Assembly (NCBI GenBank): GCA_965541585.1 | Contig: CBEUCH010000002.1 | Coordinates: 242,574 to 306,573, forward strand | Direction of reading: 5' to 3' | Source: an uncultured bacterium | GTDB lineage: Bacteria; Zixibacteria; MSB-5A5; UBA10806 | Length of the DNA: 64,000 bases | In this document: positions 42,001 to 50,601 of the stretch, one piece after another | Layout of the letters: the number at the start of each line of letters is the position of its first letter | Position numbering within the stretch: position 1 is the stretch's first letter | Notes under the pieces: generated by a model | Seen by the model: only the letters and a program-made list of their open reading frames with translations | Told to the model about the DNA's origin: nothing | The model's database searches: none | Made by a program: the position numbers and the translations under genes

Positions 42001-42905
42001 TCATCGTCTGCGGCCATCTCGATTGCACCAGCGGTTCCCCCTGGTCAAATGCGCCTGGCGCGGAGGATAACGGGTCGGGCTCGGCGGCGGTAATAGAAGC
42101 TGCCAGGGTATTGAGTCAATATCAAACAGATCTCACGATTCGTTTTATAACCTTTTCCGGTGAGGAACAGGGTCTGATCGGCTCGGACTACTACTCTGAA
42201 CTTATGGTTAGTATCGGTGAAGATATCGGCGGGGTGTTGAATCTCGATATGGTCGCTTACCAGGGCCCTTATGCATATGATATGCACGTGTCGTCGGATA
42301 ACCTCTCCCACTGGCTCGGTGATCTGGCCTTACAGACCCTCGATGATTATACGCCGATTGTTGGTGTCGACGATTACACTTATAACCCGGCTTACGGTTC
42401 CGATCACTATTACTTTGCCCTGCGAGGCTACCCGGCAATCTTCTTCATCGATGCCTGGAGCGGGCCCGACTGGTATCCATACTATCATTCTACAAACGAC
42501 GTGATTGCCCATCTCAATATGGATTTGCTGGCGGATATCACCAGAACCGGCGCAGCCCTGGCCGCAATTCTTGCACGGGTCGATTTCGAAGGCAGTGACT
42601 GTGTGTATGTTCCCGGGGACTGCGACGGCAACGACACCTCCAGGGAGCTTACGGATATTATTGCCATGATCACCTATTACAGAGGCCAGATTCCCGAATA
42701 CTCATGTGAGTGCCCGCCGGATCATCCCGAATACTATCCTCGCGCCGATGCGGACGGGGACTGTCTGGCTTTTGAGCTTGAAGACGTGGTTAAAACGATA
42801 GCTGCCTACAGAGGCCCCGAACCGCTCTCCGGCTGCCCCGATTGCCCGGGCGATGGCAGATTGTTGACGGGCAAAGATCAGCCGATAATGATACCATCCC
42901 TGAAG
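39039..42905. repeat. Tandem segmental duplication (~1.83 kb, period ~2043 bp) of an M28 peptidase gene with its promoter
   Basis: 39039-40867 aligns to 41082-42905, including ~195 bp of upstream DNA. Confidence 0.92.
39234..40895 (+). CDS. Secreted M28-family metallo-aminopeptidase with C-terminal Cys-rich dockerin-like domain (copy 1)
   Basis: GHLD, GAEDNGSG, FSGEEQGLIGS, NLDM, SDH and WHSTND zinc motifs; GDCDGN..ELTDI and DADGD..ELEDV repeats. Confidence 0.9.
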   Translation: MKSVILIVLFAFSSAFITDGAEAQDVLDGNSGVQKTLTRQTLYLIDADELSPSARPLISGEDYALIWESDIPHEATSHSAILPDRPGDYYLMRVFNPDNLRPVDGEIPYVLINDNAIFRTDAEGAAVLPNYGWGLTRLTVVDVVRKPFSPPSPPTVTEYDPDIAEMISNITPELCELTLTDLTSFPTRNSYSDYCRDAEQYVYEQFDDFSLNTSFHDFSYQGYDMRNVIGEMTGTTQPDSVIIVCGHLDCTSGSPWTDAPGAEDNGSGSTAVIEAARVLSQYQTDLTIRFITFSGEEQGLIGSDYYSQLMVDIGEDIGGVLNLDMVAYQGPYAYDMHVFSDNLSHWLGDLALQTLDDYTPIIGFEDYAYDPLYGSDHYYFALRGYPAIKFADACCAPDYYPYWHSTNDIMAHLNMDLLADITRTSAALAAILARVDFDPGGSDCVYIPGDCDGNDTSRELTDIIAMITYYRGQIPEYSCECPPDHLEYYPHADADGDCLAFELEDVVKTIAAYRGPDPLSSCEDCPGQGRLLSGGDRPLVVPSLKSRVRTGRK

Positions 42906-42944
42906 ACCAGAACTAAGATCGGCGACGGTCGCGCGGCTGAATAA
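41277..42944 (+). CDS. Secreted M28-family metallo-aminopeptidase with dockerin-like domain (copy 2)
   Basis: Same motifs as copy 1; intact ORF. Confidence 0.9.
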   Translation: MKSVILIVLFAFSSAFFADDAEAQDVLGGNSREQKTLTAQTLYLIDADELGLSARPLISAGDYALIWESDIPHEATSHSAILPDRPGDYYLMRVFSPADLRPVDGKIPYVLMDDNAIFRTDAEGAATLPNYGFGLTRLTAVDVVREPFSPPSPPTKTEYDPDIAEMIANITPELCELTLTDLTSFPTRYSYTEGCRNAEQYVYEQFDGLSLNTSFHDFSYAGYDMRNVIGEMTGTTRPDSVIIVCGHLDCTSGSPWSNAPGAEDNGSGSAAVIEAARVLSQYQTDLTIRFITFSGEEQGLIGSDYYSELMVSIGEDIGGVLNLDMVAYQGPYAYDMHVSSDNLSHWLGDLALQTLDDYTPIVGVDDYTYNPAYGSDHYYFALRGYPAIFFIDAWSGPDWYPYYHSTNDVIAHLNMDLLADITRTGAALAAILARVDFEGSDCVYVPGDCDGNDTSRELTDIIAMITYYRGQIPEYSCECPPDHPEYYPRADADGDCLAFELEDVVKTIAAYRGPEPLSGCPDCPGDGRLLTGKDQPIMIPSLKTRTKIGDGRAAE

Positions 42945-43057
42945 GATAATCCAATAATTTTAAGAATGGGAAAAGGGACCGTTCTCTGTACCGTCATGTC
43001 GGTCTACGAGCCGTATCCAAATGGTTTTATAGGATTGTGACCACCAGATGTTCGCAA

Positions 43058-43744
43058 TTATTCCTGGCGCGCGGCGATCTTGAGCAGGCCTTCGTAATTG
43101 TTGATCCGGATAGTGTTACCGATCTCGCTGATATAGCCGCCCGATTTCAATTTGGCGAAGGCCCGCGATAGGGTCTCCGGCACGGTGCCCAGAATCGAAG
43201 CCAGATCTCCCTTGGAAATATCCAGAGAAACTTCGTTTTTACCCTCCGATTCATGAGCAATATATTCCGCCAGCCGCGGCACGACTCCCATCAATGAAAG
43301 CTGCTCGATTTTTTTAGCAAAATTCCGGAGGCGTTCGGACAAAAGCGCGATCATGTTTAGGGCAATCTGAGGCCTGGTCTTTATCAATTCGAGAAAACGG
43401 CTCCTGTCGATACTGATAAGTTCGGAATCCTCCTGGGCCACCGAATAAGCAGGATATTTCCCGTCGGCGAATAAAGCGGCCTCGGCCATCGATGTACCCG
43501 GGCCGGGAGTAATCAGAGTCTGCTCCCTCCCTGATGCCGAGAGCTTATAGATACGCATGCGACCACGGAAAACGACATAGAAGGCTTTGGCTATCTCGCC
43601 CTCGCTAAACAGAAGCCGGCCCTTTGGGATGTGCACTATCTCCGACAGACCGGCGATATCCTCGAGATCGCTTCCGGCAAGCCCTGAAAAAAGCGAACAT
43701 GATTCGAGCCCCCCGATAATTTGATGTTCTCCGGATTTGCTCAT
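43058..43744 (-). CDS. Crp/Fnr-family transcriptional regulator (HcpR/Dnr-like)
   Basis: cNMP-like domain (LFSEGE, GREQTL, EAALF..YPA) and HTH LASILGTVPETLSR. Confidence 0.92.
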   Translation of the reverse strand: MSKSGEHQIIGGLESCSLFSGLAGSDLEDIAGLSEIVHIPKGRLLFSEGEIAKAFYVVFRGRMRIYKLSASGREQTLITPGPGTSMAEAALFADGKYPAYSVAQEDSELISIDRSRFLELIKTRPQIALNMIALLSERLRNFAKKIEQLSLMGVVPRLAEYIAHESEGKNEVSLDISKGDLASILGTVPETLSRAFAKLKSGGYISEIGNTIRINNYEGLLKIAARQE

Positions 43745-43855
43745 TTCCTATCCTGCGCACATAGCTTATAAGCCGACTTAAAATTCGCCTGAATTAGTTA
43801 CCGATTGTTTAAAGAGATCTATGAGTAACGCCAGTCCGGGCAGAAAACCCGGCGG

Positions 43856-44095
43856 CTATTCGGCCGTATCCTGAACTGCCAAAACCTGCTTAATTTCCGG
43901 TACCTTTTGTTTTATGACTCGTTCGATACCCATCTGCAGTGTCATCTGCGCCATCGGGCAGCCTCCGCAGGCGCCGGTGAGCCGTACTTTTACTACCCCC
44001 TGATCCTCGATGACATCCACCAGCTCAACATCTCCGCCATCGGCCTGCAATGCGCCCCTGACGGAGTCCAGAGCTTCGATCACTCTTTTCTTCAT
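43856..44095 (-). CDS. NifU/NfuA-like Fe-S carrier domain protein
   Basis: LQADGGDVELV and LTGACGGCPMAQMTL..GIE motifs. Confidence 0.92.
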   Translation of the reverse strand: MKKRVIEALDSVRGALQADGGDVELVDVIEDQGVVKVRLTGACGGCPMAQMTLQMGIERVIKQKVPEIKQVLAVQDTAE

Positions 44096-44467
44096 TCCCT
44101 GATCTTCCATAAACACCATTCCTTGTTGGCCCGCTTATTTCATTGATCGACTGCTGCTTGTTATCTTCAGCATTAAGAATATATCCAGTTGCCTATTCGG
44201 TCGCAAGCAAATATGAGAGGTATTATTGGTTAACTATAATCATAAGAAATCCTCCCCGGGCATTTAAAATAGCCTGTATAGCGGCATTATTCAGAACCGG
44301 GCAGCATGGATGCTGATTATCAGACAAATCTTTTCTCCTCGAATAACTTCAAGTGTGGCAATCGCTTGAGGGCTTCCCATGAGACAATTCCCAGATATGG
44401 ACTTGAGCGGTCTATGGATATCATAAAGATTGCGTAACACTGGTTCAATGGGAGTCTCAATTTTTCC

Positions 44468-44520
44468 TTGACAGCCCCGATAAGGTTTCTATATTTGGCA
44501 TTTTGTGAATCCCTTCACAA
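44468..44520 (+). promoter_or_regulatory. rex promoter with Rex operator
   Basis: TTGACA (44468)-16 bp-TATATT (44490); perfect Rex box TTGTGAA-TCCC-TTCACAA at 44503-44520. Confidence 0.85.
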
Positions 44521-44544
44521 AGCGGGCAGGACGGGAGAACAGAT

Positions 44545-45201
44545 TTGACACAAAAACAGAAGGCCAAGAAGATTTCGGATTCGACGATTCATAGGTTGTC
44601 TGTTTATTATCGCGCCCTTATGGCACTCGAAAAAGATGGCTATGAAACCATTTCGTCGAAGGAACTGGCGAAACGAGAGAAATTAACCCCGGCACAGGTC
44701 AGGAAAGATCTCTCTCTCTTCGGGAGTTTCGGCACCAGGGGACTTGGCTATCCGGTAAGACAACTGATGCAGCAGATAGCCGAGATCCTGGGTATTAACA
44801 GGCTATGGAATGTGGCCCTGGTTGGTGTCGGTAATGTCGGTTCTGCGCTTGTGAGCTATAAGGAATTCGCCAAGCAGGGATTCGTAATAAAACTGATATT
44901 CGATAATGACCAGCGTAAAATAGGCTCCAATCATAAGGGAATCTTAGTATCCGACACCACTGAGATGAAAAGGCTTCTGCATCAACATGACATCTCTATC
45001 ATAATTCTCACCGTTCCGGCGGCGTCGGCACAGGCGGTATGCGACGAGGTAGTCGAGGCCGGAGTAAAGGCCATTCTGAATTTCGCGCCGGTGAACCTGC
45101 GGGTGCCGGATGACGTTCTTCTGCGGAGTGAAAACATGGCAATCGAGCTGGAACACCTTTCCTTTTCTTTGACGAGCAAAGATTTAAGATTGGTAGAATG
45201 A
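44545..45201 (+). CDS. rex: Redox-sensing transcriptional repressor Rex
   Basis: RLSVYYR, QVRKDLSLFGSFGTRGLGY, VGVGNVGSAL, ILNFAP motifs. Confidence 0.96.
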   Translation: MTQKQKAKKISDSTIHRLSVYYRALMALEKDGYETISSKELAKREKLTPAQVRKDLSLFGSFGTRGLGYPVRQLMQQIAEILGINRLWNVALVGVGNVGSALVSYKEFAKQGFVIKLIFDNDQRKIGSNHKGILVSDTTEMKRLLHQHDISIIILTVPAASAQAVCDEVVEAGVKAILNFAPVNLRVPDDVLLRSENMAIELEHLSFSLTSKDLRLVE

Positions 45202-45303
45202 GGCCGATAAACCTAATAGAGTTAGCGAGTTTGAGAAAATCTCCCATTTTGGACTTGACAATGATCCGGGAGAAGTTGATATTACGACGCTTGGGTATAT
45301 AAT

Positions 45304-45714
45304 ATGTTGAATGGAAGAATAATAATCCTGACTCTTATAATGGCTGCTATGTCTGTTTCCGCCGTTTCGGCCCAGGTAACTAATGGAATGGAGTGCGAGC
45401 CGTATGGATCAGTCACTATTAAGGGCGTGCCGGCAACGGACGGCATGCTGGTGATAGCTTATGTCGGCGATATTGAGTTGGCGCGTGGACAGACCGAGGG
45501 GGGACAGTATTCCCTGTATATAGATATCGATGACCTGGATACTCCCCAGAGGGAGGGATATCAACCGGGGGATATTATTAGTCTCAGAGTTAATGGCAAT
45601 CCCGCAGGACCGGCATTCGAAGCTTTCGCCGGACGGCAACGGCGAGATATCGAGGTCACGACGCTGGATATTCAGCTTGAGACCTGGGGACGCATAAAAG
45701 CATTATTCAGGTAA
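45304..45714 (+). CDS. Secreted hypothetical protein with C-terminal TWGxIKALF motif
   Basis: Signal peptide, small beta-rich domain, ends ETWGRIKALFR; preceded by a TTGACA promoter and followed by a terminator. Confidence 0.75.
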   Translation: MLNGRIIILTLIMAAMSVSAVSAQVTNGMECEPYGSVTIKGVPATDGMLVIAYVGDIELARGQTEGGQYSLYIDIDDLDTPQREGYQPGDIISLRVNGNPAGPAFEAFAGRQRRDIEVTTLDIQLETWGRIKALFR

Positions 45715-45738
45715 TAATATTACAATCCGGGAACCATC

Positions 45739-45766
45739 AGGCATTGCCCCCAATGCCTATTTTTTT
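45739..45766 (+). terminator. Intrinsic terminator
   Basis: AGGCATTG-cccc-CAATGCCT followed by ATTTTTTT. Confidence 0.8.
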
Positions 45767-46095
45767 GTCTACCTTAGAGATAAATCGTCTTTCAGCGCAT
45801 TCCTGCCCGGACCAATATCTACCATAGATTCAGGATTGTTCATCTTCCGACAATTATGCAAAATCGCAGACTACTTTCGACTCATGGATATTAAAACAAA
45901 CTTGCCATTTGAGGCAAAATCGATTACAAGTACGGTTGCACTGTAAAGAATCCAACGCGTGTTCCGCGGAATAATCTGGCGGATAAACGGTGCGTCGCAA
46001 TAACAGCGCTCCGGCAGGCGGGAGGTACTTCGTGCAACGAAAAAATATCGGAATGAATCCTTTTTGCCGAATGAGAGAATGAATTAGGAGGTACG

Positions 46096-46434
46096 ATGAA
46101 ACTTACCAGCCGCGAGGAAAGCGGAATCATTGTCCTGGAGCCCAAGGGCAAGATAATGGGCGGTCCCGACGCTACAATCCTGCACGACCATCTTCATGAG
46201 TTGATCGGCCAGGGTAGAAAGAATGTCGTTGTTGACCTTTCCAAAGTCGAATGGATGAACTCGACCGGTCTGGGTATATTGATTTCCGGATTGACTACTT
46301 TGCGTAACAACGGCGGAGAGCTAAAGCTGGCCAGGGTAACGGACAAGATAGAGTCGCTTCTCACAATAACCAAGCTTATCACGGTATTTGAGAATTTCGA
46401 TGAGGTTGATGAAGCTGTGAAGAGCTTCTCATGA
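46096..46434 (+). CDS. STAS-domain anti-sigma factor antagonist (RsbV/SpoIIAA-like)
   Basis: VVVDLSKVEWMNSTGLGILI motif; AGGAGG RBS. Confidence 0.93.
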   Translation: MKLTSREESGIIVLEPKGKIMGGPDATILHDHLHELIGQGRKNVVVDLSKVEWMNSTGLGILISGLTTLRNNGGELKLARVTDKIESLLTITKLITVFENFDEVDEAVKSFS

Positions 46435-46542
46435 CTCACCTCCGTACATGCCTGAGAAGGACAGCTTTTCCAATCAGCTTCTCGAAGACAAATAGGTCAG
46501 CTTAGTCCACCTTTCTATTGTTGAATCTCTGAGGAGAGAATA

Positions 46543-46968
46543 TTGGCAGGCACAGGAAGGGATCACGCAACCATAACGATTCCCAGTTCTCCAGATAAGA
46601 TCTGCGTAGTGGATGAGTTCCTCGAAGACTGGCTCCGCAAACGGGGCGTGGCAGAAAATACTATCGCTGATCTGGCTATCGCTATTACGGAACTCGTTAA
46701 TAACGCCATCAACCATGGCAATAAACGACAGGAGCATAGGAAAGTAACATTGACTTTGCGTTACGGTGATGGAGAGATCGAGGCCTCAATCACCGACGAA
46801 GGCGCAGGCTTCGACCCGGAGAATATTCCCGACCCGCTGGCGGAGGAAAACCTCTTAAAGGAAATCGGCAGGGGAATATTCATAGCCAAATCCCTGATGG
46901 ATGACTTTAAATATAAAGCTCTGCCCGAGGGTGGGACCGAAGTCAGCATAGTCAAGAAGATCGATTGA
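46543..46968 (+). CDS. RsbW/SpoIIAB-like anti-sigma factor Ser/Thr kinase
   Basis: AITELVNNAINHGN, ITDEGAGFDP, GRGIFIAKSLMD motifs. Confidence 0.93.
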   Translation: MAGTGRDHATITIPSSPDKICVVDEFLEDWLRKRGVAENTIADLAIAITELVNNAINHGNKRQEHRKVTLTLRYGDGEIEASITDEGAGFDPENIPDPLAEENLLKEIGRGIFIAKSLMDDFKYKALPEGGTEVSIVKKID

Positions 46969-47102
46969 TCAACAAGGTTATCTCACGATCCTCAACTTTA
47001 TATAGATTACGCGTCACACTCATCATTGCGGGTAAATGATATCCGGATTTTCAGGAAGATTTCTTGCTTTTTTGAAACCTTTGCATAATATTAACGTAAA
47101 TT

Positions 47103-47119
47103 GGTTTGTAGTGCAAACC
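47103..47119. promoter_or_regulatory. Putative operator palindrome
   Basis: GGTTTG-TAGTG-CAAACC upstream of the pseudogene/HTH pair. Confidence 0.45.
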
Positions 47120-47155
47120 GATGTTTGTTGAGGAAATAGTTCATTGGGGGTTACG

Positions 47156-47527
47156 ATGTCACAGGAAATTGATTTGAAGCAGATTGAGAGAAGAGCATAT
47201 CTCTCTTTCTATCAGGATGGAATTTGGGATTTGTTCATTGGGCTAAAGATACGGCAGCGCGATTGCTTTTTCTCTTTTGGTCATTTCAATGTTTAGTATC
47301 GGGGCCTATTATGAAGGCCTCCCCCGTATATATTTATACGGGCTATTATTTGGATCAAGTATTCTTGTCCCGAATGTTATTACAATGAATTCGGCACTCA
47401 AATTCATAGCTCAATCGCATTCGGTATCACCGGCATAATTATGGTTGCGGCAGGGATCAGGTTATTAAGCGAGTTTCTCCACAAATATCCCAAGCCTTCA
47501 GAGGAGGCCGCGGTTGGCAGAAGATAA
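47156..47527 (+). pseudogene. Degraded membrane-protein gene partnered with the downstream winged-helix regulator
   Basis: Starts MSQEIDLKQIERRAYLSFYQDGIWDLFIGL then reaches an early stop; a separate segment encodes the family-like C-terminus LLSEFLHKYPKPSEEA overlapping the regulator start. Confidence 0.65.
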
Positions 47528-47843
47528 AAAGGAAAATGGCGACGTCCAGTCGCTGGCCGATATAGACCGGGTAATCCATGAGCCTGCCCGGCTATTGATT
47601 CTTGCCCATCTTTACGTCATCGAAAGCGCCGACTTCCTTTTCCTGGAACGTCAGACCGGTCTGACGAGGGGAAACCTGTCCTCGCATCTGAGTAAACTCG
47701 AAGCAGCGGGCTATGTGAAGGTTGTGAAGGAGTTCGTGGGAAAGATTCCCCGGACTTTATTAAGTCTCACCGCCGGTGGACGGCAGGCATTCCGGACGTA
47801 CCGGCAGCAAATGAAGCAGGTTCTTGACGAGTTGCCTGAGTAA
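47514..47843 (+). CDS. Winged-helix transcriptional regulator (HTH_34, ArsR/MarR-like)
   Basis: IDRVIHEPARL, TGLTRGNLSSHLSKLEAAGYV, PRTLLSLT..GRQAF motifs. Confidence 0.9.
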   Translation: MAEDKKENGDVQSLADIDRVIHEPARLLILAHLYVIESADFLFLERQTGLTRGNLSSHLSKLEAAGYVKVVKEFVGKIPRTLLSLTAGGRQAFRTYRQQMKQVLDELPE

Positions 47844-47925
47844 AAGGTATATTGATAAGGGTAGAAAGCCCTTCAATAAACGTACCAGAAAGGTTCAGGA
47901 TTAGCTAAATAAGGATTTTGTCAAA

Positions 47926-50148
47926 TTGAATCTGGCGCAATTAATATCGTTGGTCTATCTGGTCTCCGGGCTGACACTTATCATGCTGGCCGGCATGATA
48001 TTCCGGGAGAACCCGAAGAACCGTCTTAATCGGGTCACCGCCATGATGTTTCTCCTGGCGGGTATTGCCCCGCTGGCTGCAGCTTTTTACAGGTCGGTTC
48101 TGCAGGGAGTCACAGGCATCCCGTTATGGTTTGAGAACAGTTTTGTGGTATGGGAACTGTTTTTCCCGTCGCTTCTCTATTTTGCTGCCATATTCCCGGA
48201 GCCGCAATCGTTCTACAGCAGCCATAAGAGATTGCTTCAGCTGGCTTTTTTGCCTCACCTGCTGCATCTCCTGATGGTGGTTTTCCTGGCCGATCCGGAT
48301 AAGGCCCTGGAGTTTCTGAGCTTCGAATCATCTATTCCCATCCTGGGGGCTATCCTGAGCCTCATTTTGAATGTCCTCAAGGTAGCGGCGGCATTTTTCG
48401 GATTTCTACTCCTTTTCCATACCCGCTTTTTCTCCATCATAAATATCATATATGTAATATTGTCTATAATCCTTCTATATACCGCTTTTAAGAAGATCGA
48501 AAATCCACGCCTAAAACAGCAGGTTAAAGTGATCATCTATGGGATTGGAATAGGGGTGGGTCTTTATGCCATAGGCTATATAATACCCACGATATTTTCT
48601 TTCGTGGTATCCGATCCGGTGCGGAATGCTATGGTGACTCTGGGATTGATTGTTGGCCCCGGGAGTATCGCCTGGGCCATAGTCCGCTACCAGTTTCTCG
48701 ATATAGGCTTAATTGCGCGGCGGTCGTTGGTCTATACAATTACCACTGCCATTGTGGTTGGTGGATATCTTCTGGTGGTTATGCAGGTCGGCTCGATTGC
48801 TCAGAGTCTGCTGGGGAGGGATTCGGGAATATTAAATATCCTGATAATAATGATTATGCTATTCTTCTTCCAGCCCATCTATACTCAGGTCGACGATTTT
48901 GTCCGGCGTATATTCATACGTTCACGGGGTGACTATAGCCGGCTTGTGGAGACATTTTCGCGGGAAATTCTAACCATTTTCCACAGCGATAAGTTGGCTG
49001 CAACGGTGGCGGATATGCTGAAGCAAGAGATGTTTATCGAGAATGTCGAGGTTTGTTTTGCCGCTGAAAAGCAGCGTTTCAATCTGGCCGCGGGCAGCGA
49101 TAGGGAGGATCCGATCAAGCTGGAAGATTCCATATACAGCTATCTGCTTAAAAAGAGGGCTCCGGTTTTTATAGAAGAGCTTTCAGGGGATATTGACGCC
49201 AGCTGCTTCGGCGGTAGATTTTCGGCAATCGGGACGAAAGTGGTTGTTCCGCTGGTGCGGCAGGATCAAGTCTCGGGGGTTTTACTCCTATCAGGCAAGG
49301 TTGCGGGTTTCCGTTATAGCTCGGAGGATATGACATTTCTGGCGATCTTGGGAAATCAGATAGTGGTGGCGATGGAAAATGCCGAGTTATATCGTGTGTC
49401 GCTGGAGAAACAGAGGCTCGAAGAGGAACTTTCTGTCGCCAGGCAGATACAGATAGGCCTGTTACCGCAATCGCTGCCGTCCCTTGCAAATTTCGATTTC
49501 GCTGCCTTCATCGAACCATCCCGACAGGTCGGTGGTGACTACTACGATTTCATTCCGGTCGGCGATGGCAGGATCGGTGTAGTTATCGCCGATGCTTCAG
49601 GCAAGGGTGTCCCGGCTGCGCTGCTGATAGCCAGAATGCAGGCCATGATGCAAAGCGAGGCCAAGTTCGGCAAAAAAGTAAACGAAATGATGGCCTCGGT
49701 AAATCGTTTCATAAACGAATCAACATCCCAGGATCGTTTTGCCACCTGCTTCTATATCGAGCTGGATGACGGCGGCAGAAAAGCACATTATTGTAATGCG
49801 GGACACAACTATCCTCTCCTGATCCGTGACAACGGACAGGTGGATCTTCTGTCAACCGGTGGGCTGTTACTGGGAGCATTTTCTGATGTCAAATACGAAA
49901 CCGGAGTGGCGGAATTGGAACCCGGAGATATGCTTGTGATGTATACCGATGGGGTGACGGAGGCTATGGACGCCGGCAAGAATGAATTCGGTGAACAACG
50001 ACTGGCCGATGAGCTGATCAAGCTAAAATCGTTTCCGGCGGAAGTTGTATGTTCGAAAATTATAAAGAACGTCAAGCAGTTTGCCGCAGGGATCGGGGAC
50101 ACCGACGATATGACGCTGGTGGTGGTCAAAGCCCAGAAGGACGAATGA
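47926..50148 (+). CDS. Membrane-bound SpoIIE/RsbU-type PP2C phosphatase with multi-TM sensor and GAF domain
   Basis: N-terminal TM helices; GAF-like region; ARQIQ..LLP, VGGDYYD, IADASGKG, NAGH, YTDGVTEA and DDMT motifs. Confidence 0.93.
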   Translation: MNLAQLISLVYLVSGLTLIMLAGMIFRENPKNRLNRVTAMMFLLAGIAPLAAAFYRSVLQGVTGIPLWFENSFVVWELFFPSLLYFAAIFPEPQSFYSSHKRLLQLAFLPHLLHLLMVVFLADPDKALEFLSFESSIPILGAILSLILNVLKVAAAFFGFLLLFHTRFFSIINIIYVILSIILLYTAFKKIENPRLKQQVKVIIYGIGIGVGLYAIGYIIPTIFSFVVSDPVRNAMVTLGLIVGPGSIAWAIVRYQFLDIGLIARRSLVYTITTAIVVGGYLLVVMQVGSIAQSLLGRDSGILNILIIMIMLFFFQPIYTQVDDFVRRIFIRSRGDYSRLVETFSREILTIFHSDKLAATVADMLKQEMFIENVEVCFAAEKQRFNLAAGSDREDPIKLEDSIYSYLLKKRAPVFIEELSGDIDASCFGGRFSAIGTKVVVPLVRQDQVSGVLLLSGKVAGFRYSSEDMTFLAILGNQIVVAMENAELYRVSLEKQRLEEELSVARQIQIGLLPQSLPSLANFDFAAFIEPSRQVGGDYYDFIPVGDGRIGVVIADASGKGVPAALLIARMQAMMQSEAKFGKKVNEMMASVNRFINESTSQDRFATCFYIELDDGGRKAHYCNAGHNYPLLIRDNGQVDLLSTGGLLLGAFSDVKYETGVAELEPGDMLVMYTDGVTEAMDAGKNEFGEQRLADELIKLKSFPAEVVCSKIIKNVKQFAAGIGDTDDMTLVVVKAQKDE

Positions 50149-50206
50149 TGGAGTCATCGCAAGCCGATTCTTGTGAACATTTAAAGATGAGAGTGATGGC
50201 AGCGAT

Positions 50207-50575
50207 TTGCAGGAGGAAAAAATGAGAAAACTCACTCCCGAGATCATAAAAAATCTTACCGAGGAACAGGTGGAACTCCTGGTGGAGTTAGGGGATCTGG
50301 CCAAGAAGGAATGGGAATTGACGGAGAAAATCGAGGATCTCCGCAAGCAGGCAAAGAAGGTGGGGCTCGATAGCGGAAATCGCGAGACCAAGGCTATCCA
50401 CGAGGATAACGAGTTCGATGAGTTGCTTTCTCTGCGATTGGTCCGGGAAAGGGAAGTGATTCGCGACAAGATTGCCGGTCTTATGAAATCGATTTCCGAA
50501 GCGGGGCTGGAAGATCTTGGTCTAATCCTCAGGCAGGCTTCCAATTACGGTGTCGATCTGAACCGCAAGAAATAA
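50207..50575 (+). CDS. Hypothetical coiled-coil protein
   Basis: Helical charged ORF filling the gap between co-directional genes. Confidence 0.65.
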   Translation: MQEEKMRKLTPEIIKNLTEEQVELLVELGDLAKKEWELTEKIEDLRKQAKKVGLDSGNRETKAIHEDNEFDELLSLRLVREREVIRDKIAGLMKSISEAGLEDLGLILRQASNYGVDLNRKK

Positions 50576-50601
50576 TCCTTTCATGCGGCTGTAGTTATTA
50601 T

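Noticed and set aside
50171..50188. Second Rex operator (TTGTGAACATTTAAAGAT)
   Set aside because: Only the left half-site matches
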